A stretch of DNA of 63,894 nt, counting the filler, from Stramenopiles sp. TOSAG23-2 (taxonomy: Eukaryota), in the NCBI GenBank assembly GCA_900128395.1. It is 4 parts of 4 records of this genome, joined end to end, with 100 filler letters (N's around TTAATTAATTAA, not from the genome) between each part and the next. Parts side by side here need not be neighbours in the genome. Positions count along the whole stretch, not along the records: positions 37,897 to 56,581 come from LT649601.1; positions 56,682 to 63,894 come from LT649694.1; 2 more parts are not named here. The stretch is one strand, 5' to 3'. A program made the translations under genes and the position numbers. Below, one piece after another: positions 55,971 through 63,894 of this stretch. Each line of letters opens with the position of its first letter. Within the stretch, counting starts at the first letter, position 1. Below the pieces are notes generated by a model. It was not told the origin of the DNA, searched no databases, and was given only the letters and a program-made list of their open reading frames with translations.

Positions 55971-56581
55971 AATATGGTACGTATGTAAGTGTGCATCTGT
56001 GTACGTGTGTGCGTATGTGATATCCTGATCTTGAACGAACAGACGTATAAAAGAACAAAAAACAATGTATTTGTAAATACTCTATATTTTATTTACTACA
56101 ACTACTTGGCTATTTTTATTATTTATTTTTATTTCAATCAGGTGCCAGTGTCTCTGGTACTACTTTACTTGTACCCCGAGTTTGTACTCTGGAATGGCAC
56201 AATGAAATATTGGAATATGGTTATAAAATTTTTTGACCAGGTTATTATTTTTACGGCTATTATTACAGTAATAAAATTAAAATAGCAACAATACTCTGGC
56301 AAACGCAGAGTCTTCCGTCTTCCCACGGCTGAGATTTCCAGACGGCTAAAAAATGCTGGTGGTAAACTGGTAAAGCAGGCGGGCAGGCGGGCTGGCGGGC
56401 AGGCTGGGCAGGCCCAGCAGGCCAGGTGGAAACTAATTTTAAATATTAAACCTTATCATTACAGTGAACATAGTATACAAAGGGCGAATTTGGAAATATG
56501 CCCTTCTCTCAAGTACAAAAAATACCTAATTTGGCCTATCAAATATATCAAACACTACAAATCTACTGAGTATATGAAAAG

Positions 56582-56681
56582 NNNNNNNNNNNNNNNNNNN
56601 NNNNNNNNNNNNNNNNNNNNNNNNNTTAATTAATTAANNNNNNNNNNNNNNNNNNNNNNNNNNNNNNNNNNNNNNNNNNNN
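56582..56681. other. Artificial contig spacer N44-TTAATTAATTAA-N44
   Basis: Same 100-nt linker. Confidence 0.99.
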
Positions 56682-57008
56682 GAATTAACAGAAATACAAA
56701 TTCAACGAATAGTGGATGTCATGGCATCATTTTATATGACGTAAAAAAAAGTATATATAACATACAAACGGTTCGTATATACTCTTGGTAATATTATATA
56801 AAAATGCATTAATTATTACTAAATATAAAAATGGATATATTTAATACGAACCGTAATTTTTACGAGTAATTAAATTAAAAATTATAGATATGGGGCCCAC
56901 ATTTTGTTTTACATTTTTTATACGAAGTCTTTTAATATTCTCCTTTATGTAAGGTGTATGAAATTTATAGATATATCATATATCCATCTCTCTCTCCTCT
57001 CTCTCTCT

Positions 57009-59942
57009 CTACAAACCTGACTCACTTTCATTTCTTACTGGAAATCCTACATCAGCAACATCTACTTTTGCCGTAAATTTTTCTTCATCTTGCTTCATTG
57101 AATCACTATCATCCGTGGTTAAAACATTATTATCATCATCTATTCCTACTTCATCCTGTTCAAGGAATTTCTCAGATTCGCGCATACTTCTTTCCCATTG
57201 TGCTGCTTCTTCCCGTTTAGTTTGTTCAAATGTTCCAACAACAGCTTCTACATGGGCTTTTATTTCTACTTGCGCTTCTTCTTGTTCTTTAATAATTTCT
57301 TGCATTTTTATTACTTTATCATCTGCATCTTTAAGTTTTACTTTTGTTTCTTCCTGTATCGTTGTCAATGTATCTAATACAGCAACCTCGCTCACTTGAG
57401 CTAAAATACCTGAAAGTGCATTAGCAACCTCAAGTTCTACCGCAGTGTCTGTAATACCACTAGCTATACCATCACATTTCTTCTTCAATTGTTCATGCTC
57501 TTCTTGATTTCGTGCTTCATTATTTTCTATTATTGTTATTCTTTCCTCAGTTTCTTTTAACATATTTTCTTCTACCACTGAAAATCTAGCTTCCATTGTT
57601 ATGAATGTCTCTTCAAATCGTTTCTCAGTTGCTATTTGATGTGTTTGTTGTTCATCAAGTGCTGCTTCTGCTTCTAACTTATCGATTATATCAGACAATA
57701 AACCTTGTACTTGCTCACTTTCAAGCTCTGTACGTATATTCTCTCGCTCCTCTGTTGAAATTTGTCCAACAATATGATTACAGATTCTATCAATGACGAA
57801 ATTACATTCTTGTAATACGAAGTTATCATTGATTTTATCACATACATACAATGCTGCTTGTGTTTGATCTCGTTTGTTAACAAACAGATCTCTTCGTAAA
57901 TCTGCAAATGCTTTTGCTGCTTCTGTTCGCAATAATTCAGTTTCATGATGTGAATCCGTTGACCATTGTGTCATTGCTGTATTTACTGATCCATTCATAA
58001 GTTTCAAATCGTTGGATAAATCAGCTCTTAACTTAGACACTGCTTCATCTGCTTGACGTCTATGATCACCGACTACAGATTGCAATGCACTGATTGAATC
58101 AGTACTAGCACGTGCATATTTATCGATTCTTGCATTGATGGATTCAACAGCTTGTTCCCATTCATTTTCATCAGCTTTTTCCCTATTTTCAACCGCATCT
58201 AATCGACCAAGCATTTCCGAGTTAACAAGAGCTTGCGATCGACTTTGATTTGCCAATGTTGTAATCATTTCTCTTTGAACGCTATCGATTTTTTCATCAA
58301 CTAAATCAGCTCGTGAGACCAACGCTTTCATTGCACCTTCTAAACGAGCTGCTGCTTCGTTCCTAGCAGCTTCGATATTTGCTGAAAGACGTGATATTGC
58401 TGTGTCAGAACTTAATTTCATTTTTTGCTGTTCTCGCATCCTAGCTTTGATTTCTGCACGTACAACTTCTTCTAGATTAGATTGGTTATGTTCTACTGCA
58501 TTGCGAAATTCAGTTAAAGCAGTTTGTTGCTCTTTTACCGATTTCAATGAATTTGAATCTACTCGTCTAAATCCTTCTGCTTGGGATGTTTCTATACGTT
58601 GTATTGCACCAGATAATGATTCGTGGTTTTTCGATTGGTCTAATTCGTTTTTCCTCAAATCCATGGTCCGCACTTCCTGTTCTTTTTTTAATACTTCATC
58701 AATTGCTTTGAACCTTGCTTTAATATTTTCCCGTTCCAGTAAAGTTGCTTCCTCCCTTGCGACATTACGTTGCCTCATCTCATTATTTAATTGCTTAAAA
58801 CGCTCTTCCATCTGTTCCCTTTCCGACAACATACGATTTGCCAATTGAGCTAAAGTATTTGTAATTTTATCACTAACCTCCATATCCGTTTGCACCAATG
58901 CATTTCTAACTTCCTGCATCCAGGACGATTGTTCACTTTGTAAACGTCTTCTTTCTGCACTTTCATTATCAACAATCGCTCTTTGTCTCAACGTAGCTTC
59001 ACTTAATTCCATTAAATGTTTTTCTAAATCTTCTGCTCTTTTTGCTACAGCGCTAAACTTTTCGGCATCTCGTCCTTCCATTGCCATGATACCTCTCTCG
59101 TCTGACTTCAATCTCAATTCAAGTCCTTCGATTCGTTTTTGTAATAGGCTTAAACCTTTTCCCATACGTTCCGAGGAAGTTTCAACAATTTTTCCTAAGC
59201 GAGTCACTTCGCCAAACATTACAGCACCTTTTCTTTTTTCACGCTGTTGAAATTCTCTATCTTGTTCTTCTCTACTTTTTACGATTTCTTTCAATCGATG
59301 AAGATCTTCATCTACAATTTTGACGCCACCCGTACCACTTTGCACAGTTTGGACAGCAGAATCAATTCTTTGTTGAACGATTTGCAATAGCCTACTGTTA
59401 TTCTCAAGTCGTTTACTTTTCTCTTTAAAGTCAGCTATTTCATTTTGTTGCCCTTCGATAATTCGTTCCATCTGCGCTAATCGCTTTTCAATTACAGATG
59501 TTCCAACATCAGCTGCTTTATTTTTTACACGGACTTCCATTTCTAGTTCAACACGCCTTTGCACCTCCGACATAATCCTACTTTCTGAATCTGACATTCG
59601 TTCTAACATAGATTTTTGTTGCTGTACAAGCACGTCTCTCAACGTACCATTTTCTTTCTCTAATTGCTCAAGTCGTTGCATCATGCTTATAGCTTGTGCA
59701 TTATCAATAGCAAACTGTGGTGTATTTGATGGCTCGACAATATTTCTTAAATAATTGGGATCTGCATTGTGTAAAATTTTCATAGCTTCATCCACTTTAG
59801 TTTTATTAACAGCATTATTATTTCCTAATGGATTATTGATATCATAATCTTCGTCCCTATATTGTTGTTGGTTATTACTATTATTAGCACCACCACGATT
59901 AGCGTATGCAGCACGTGCAGCTTGTATTCCGTTCATGATCAA
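57009..59942 (-). CDS. Long coiled-coil protein (977 aa), possibly cytoskeletal
   Basis: E/R/Q/L heptad-rich over about 800 aa with almost no Pro; no catalytic motif. Confidence 0.85.
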   Translation of the reverse strand: MIMNGIQAARAAYANRGGANNSNNQQQYRDEDYDINNPLGNNNAVNKTKVDEAMKILHNADPNYLRNIVEPSNTPQFAIDNAQAISMMQRLEQLEKENGTLRDVLVQQQKSMLERMSDSESRIMSEVQRRVELEMEVRVKNKAADVGTSVIEKRLAQMERIIEGQQNEIADFKEKSKRLENNSRLLQIVQQRIDSAVQTVQSGTGGVKIVDEDLHRLKEIVKSREEQDREFQQREKRKGAVMFGEVTRLGKIVETSSERMGKGLSLLQKRIEGLELRLKSDERGIMAMEGRDAEKFSAVAKRAEDLEKHLMELSEATLRQRAIVDNESAERRRLQSEQSSWMQEVRNALVQTDMEVSDKITNTLAQLANRMLSEREQMEERFKQLNNEMRQRNVAREEATLLERENIKARFKAIDEVLKKEQEVRTMDLRKNELDQSKNHESLSGAIQRIETSQAEGFRRVDSNSLKSVKEQQTALTEFRNAVEHNQSNLEEVVRAEIKARMREQQKMKLSSDTAISRLSANIEAARNEAAARLEGAMKALVSRADLVDEKIDSVQREMITTLANQSRSQALVNSEMLGRLDAVENREKADENEWEQAVESINARIDKYARASTDSISALQSVVGDHRRQADEAVSKLRADLSNDLKLMNGSVNTAMTQWSTDSHHETELLRTEAAKAFADLRRDLFVNKRDQTQAALYVCDKINDNFVLQECNFVIDRICNHIVGQISTEERENIRTELESEQVQGLLSDIIDKLEAEAALDEQQTHQIATEKRFEETFITMEARFSVVEENMLKETEERITIIENNEARNQEEHEQLKKKCDGIASGITDTAVELEVANALSGILAQVSEVAVLDTLTTIQEETKVKLKDADDKVIKMQEIIKEQEEAQVEIKAHVEAVVGTFEQTKREEAAQWERSMRESEKFLEQDEVGIDDDNNVLTTDDSDSMKQDEEKFTAKVDVADVGFPVRNESESGL

Positions 59943-60516
59943 TTGTATTTATTTTTTGCAAGGGTTTATTAAACAATATTTCTCATTGATCGTTATAATA
60001 CTACTACTAGGAATTTACTTGACTATTCATCTATTGGAATATGGAATATGTAATATGTTTCTATACATGTTAATGAAGTATGTGTATGTATGTATAAATA
60101 AATATTTCTTTCCTTCTTATTGCTGCCAGCGGTTTCGTAACGCATATGTGTGTAATAGCATCAATTTAATAATAGCTACCACCTGTGTTAGCTGTGGCAA
60201 CCCCATTAGTATGGCACAACATTGTAATAGGATACTACAAGGGAAATAGGACTAAATTTATAAAATCGCGAAAAAAAAATAAAAACGTTGAGTGAAAATG
60301 TTGCAAAAAATAAAATTCAACCCATATATATTTTGTTTTATTTACTAAGTCGTATATATAATACATACAGTACAGTTTCATAATAGAAATATAGATATTG
60401 TCACAGATTATTAATATATATACATTCATACAATAGATATCAATAGATATAGGTAGTGAAAGCTTTTAATTACGATCCAATATTATAAAATAATCGATCC
60501 GAAGATATTTCATAAT

Positions 60517-63500
60517 ATGGTAGTAATAAAACCACCACGTCCAACTTCTGCATCGGTAGTAAAGTTAGCAAGAAAAAATCCAGGAAATAATAGACCATTA
60601 ACAGCAGGTACATTTAAAAATACAGGTGTAAGTAACTTTGTGTTAATATATGTTTATATACATTCGTCTTTATGCATTTTCTTTCTATCTCTTATTAACT
60701 TATAAATAATTAATGCCATAAATATATATAAACATATTATATCTGTATATATGCATATAAAATTCTTACTACCTTTTTTTACGTGTGTGTCTCTTACATA
60801 TATGTGTATGTCATCATACAAAATATTTTTACTACACGTATGTTTCCTTTCATTATTAAATTCCATATTATTTATATGTATGGAACAATATAAACGATTC
60901 CAACAAAATGTATCTAACAATATATAACATATATATGTATATATTATAACAACACAACAATCAATCGTATGCCAATCACATATCGTACTCAAATAACTAG
61001 CAATCACATGTCACATTAAAACAAACTGCAAATGGTCGTGTAAAAATATCTACAACACATAATGTAAATCAGGCTGGAAACAATGATGAATATGACTATG
61101 AATTACAAATGGAGAGAAGACGCGCGAGAAAGAAGAAAAAAACGGTTCGTATTGCGACATTATATGGTATGAATAGTACAGCGCGTCTACCAATAACAAC
61201 TAGGAAACGAAGGAAGAAAAAAAATAAGAAGAAAGATCTTGAAAGAAGACGAATGGAAGAAGCGGAGGAAAAAGATCGTCATAAATATTCCTATGCTTCT
61301 CGACATGATTCATCTAAATTTATCAAAGGTGCACAATCATTTGAAATTTTAACTAATGTTCAAGGTTCACCACGTGACCCAATAGCAGCTAGAAATGCGG
61401 CTAGAGACGATGCAATAAATAATAGAACTTGGAAAATGGGATATCAAAATGCAATTTCGACACGTCCAGTGTCTGGAAAAGTTATTAAAGTAACACAAAG
61501 TGGACAAATAAAGCTTACGAATAGATTGGGCAAAGGTTGGCCATTTGATACTTCCTTGAATAGACCAGATTTAGTACGCGGACCGGAGCCATGGGCACCA
61601 CCTTTAACAAATGTGTATCCAAAAGATTGGCCATCAAATAAAGATGAAGATCATTTAAATACAATGCCTGAAAATTCGCATTATCCATGGTCACCGCCTA
61701 GGAGACCAAGTTCAGCTAATGAAGCATTGTTAGGATCGCCAAAAAATGTTTTTTCAACCGGTCGACGTTCTAGTTTAATGTCTACGATGAAACCAGCAGA
61801 GTTTTATGAACAAAAGCATTTAAGGAAAAGTAGTACTATAAGTGGATCAGGTGGTTGTTGGAATGATGAAAATGATCCGCGATATAATGAAAGAGGGAAT
61901 AAGCAACAATCAAGACGATTAATTCGCTCTGCAACTGTCAATGGTAGATTTCAGCACAAAATAGATAAATATAGCAATAGTATCAATAAAAAAAGAAGGC
62001 CACGAACTGGACCATCATCTACTAGTAAAAGGCCATTAAGTGGCATTAGTAGACCGGTGAGTGGGAAAAGTGTACAATTTGATGCAGAGTCGCCTGCGAG
62101 GGGTAGGATACGCCCGCAGACAGCAAAATCTAGTGCTTTAAAACGAGGTCGTGGTAAAGGTAAAGGTAGTGGAAATCGTCCACAAACAGCACTGACTCCG
62201 GTGCAAAATCGAAAGAATTATAAATCAAGACCAAAATCAGCTATGCCTGCGGTAAGACCACAAACAGCAATTTTAAAAAATAGAAGCAAACCTTCAACTC
62301 TGAAAATAAATACTGGCAGTAGTAAGATTCGAAAAGAATTTATACGAAGTAGTAATTCTTTTTCAAATTCGCGTCCACATACTGTAGGTCCATCTCCATC
62401 AAGGCAAAGAAATCCATCTACAATGAAAAGGAGCAAATCAGCAGGTGTATTTAGGGAACATGATGGCCCTGAACCACATCATCGCCGTCCAACAACTGCT
62501 ACCAAGACAAAACGTAAATATCGAGTTGGTTTATGGCCTAGTGGCAGATGGAAGTATGATTATGGCAAACATATTACGCATCATGGTAAATCTCGCAAAG
62601 GCATGAGTCGTAAATTGAAAAAAAACAAAGAGCGGATAGAAAATGGGGAGGAAGGAGATTACGAATCAAGTAGCGATGAAAGTTCGTATGATGGCAGTGA
62701 TGCTGAAAGTGTAGATGAAAATGGTGAAACAGCTAAGCAACGATATAAACGTAGAAACAATGTTACTAAGCGACCAATGGTAGCTGGTCAAAAAAAGAAA
62801 AAGAAATTATTTGAATCTTCCTCCTTGGCTACGTATACTGTTATGAGAAGTGCACCATTGAAGAAGCATACGTTGGAAGAAATGCTTCATGCGCAAGAAA
62901 AAGAAACGTTTAAACGTGTTGGTATTCGAAACGATGCATGTGCCTGGTTGCTAAATCATGGAAGATTCAAGCGGATGCCAATGATGCGATTATGGAAGAA
63001 ATTTAGTCCAATCGCATTGCAAAATATAGCAGATGCTGGTAGGCGTAGTAATGCTAGTGGTGGTGGTGGCGGAGGACCTAAAAGTCCAAAGCGGAAGTCA
63101 GCGTATGGAACTGCACCAAATAGTCCAGTAGGTTTAAATAAAAAATCATCATTTAACCAAGACAATGATGAAAATAATAATAACAATGCTAATAATGGTC
63201 TCGGTGATAACAATAGTATGACAATGTCTGGATCAATCGCAAATCTATCAGAGAAAGGAAGTAAAGCGGGAAGTATCCTACAAACAGTTGACAATGAACC
63301 ATGGCGTACAGAAGATTTAGAACATAACAATATGTGGGTCAGTAGACCACAATTTATATACAACATGCGTGTTTTAATGGGCTTAAATGAAACGCAGAAA
63401 AATCTGAGAGAATTGAATAAATTATACTCTAGCTTTGATACGAAAGTTCAAGATATGATGAATATACGTGAATTTTGTTTTGTGTTTGTAGAATTACGAG

Positions 63501-63595
63501 AGGAGAAAAAACGTGCTGTATTTGGTGGCATGCCAGATGTAAGCCGATTTTATGAAGAAGCAAAATCAATATTTGCTAATCAAGATATGTATTAA
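60517..63595 (+). CDS. Basic, disordered protein with RPxTA/RPxSA repeats and a C-terminal EF-hand-like motif; two exons (60517-60627, 61001-63595)
   Basis: Exon 1 (37 codons) ends GGT|GTAAGT. Acceptor TAACTAG| at 61000 is in phase 0 with the 61109 ORF (QSHVTLKQTANGR...); an alternative in-frame AG lies at 61072. Both exons share RPTSA/RPLTA/RPQTA motifs. C-terminal LYSSFDTKVQDMMNIREF. Confidence 0.75.
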
Positions 63596-63642
63596 AATTT
63601 ATGTAATTTCTAGAAGTAAAAGTGTGTATATATGCATATATG

Positions 63643-63894
63643 CACTATACAATACAACCATTATTGATATTTCGCATATTTTCTTCCAAATTTCACTTAA
63701 ATCATCATTTTCAACCTAAATTTTAATATTTCATTGTTATGATGACGGATTTTTCATTTCATTACATGAAAACAAAGGAAAAACATTGAAAATACCTTTC
63801 TAAACTTACGCTCCACTAGTATACTATATTTCCTATCAACTGGCAAAATAATTTTGACATTTCACGTTTTCAGAAATTAGGGATAGCAGAATTT
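63643..63894 (+). mobile_element. Dispersed non-coding repeat, copy 2 (runs off the window), beginning CACTA
   Basis: Reverse-complement match to 18990-19232 over about 245 bp. Confidence 0.6.

Noticed and set aside
56553..56581. CACTACAA near the end of contig 3 as a third copy of the dispersed repeat
   Set aside because: The following bases do not match the other two copies, and only 29 bp are available.
18871..56681. TTAATTAATTAA palindromes recurring about every 18.8 kb
   Set aside because: Artificial six-frame-stop spacers inside N runs. The even spacing reflects similarly sized, probably length-sorted contigs (18826, 18685 bp), not biology.
1..63894. tRNA, rRNA, transposase or viral hallmark genes
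   Set aside because: None recognised by eye; a covariance-model search would be needed to exclude small RNAs.

Overview
AT-rich, intron-poor, gene-dense eukaryotic DNA read in the standard code. The gene set (kinesin, SHIPPO-repeat, IQ/Sfi1, GP63, CHD remodeller) suggests a flagellated heterotrophic protist, plausibly a stramenopile (inference). The window is not one locus: three artificial spacers (N44-TTAATTAATTAA-N44 at 18871, 37797, 56582) join four unrelated contigs, so synteny across them means nothing. Contig 1 carries a TM-LRR protein, a bacterial-type Rieske oxygenase, an unusual CHD remodeller and DPM1. It also has at least 9 tandem duplications of 71-313 bp that break ORFs and look like haplotype/assembly artefacts. 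Contig 2 carries an IQ/Sfi1-ankyrin-TPR-WW protein, an ARK-like kinesin, a SHIPPO-repeat protein, a permuted NlpC/P60 enzyme and a RAMA+C2H2 protein. Contig 3 carries a 4118-aa SH3-DUF3638/3645 SF2-ATPase-EF-hand-Vps62-like protein, a haloalkane dehalogenase-like hydrolase, a ceramidase and a leishmanolysin. Contig 4 carries a coiled-coil protein and an intron-containing basic protein. Most notable: the CHD protein has a PDZ-like domain inside chromodomain 2 and a GATA-like finger plus bromodomain inside its ATPase; a dispersed repeat ends in CACTA on two contigs; a palindromic 39-bp insert sits between 9-bp direct repeats; and TACGA/TCGTA motifs cluster downstream of genes. No clear multi-gene novel system is evident. 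All domain calls are by eye from motifs, with no database searches.
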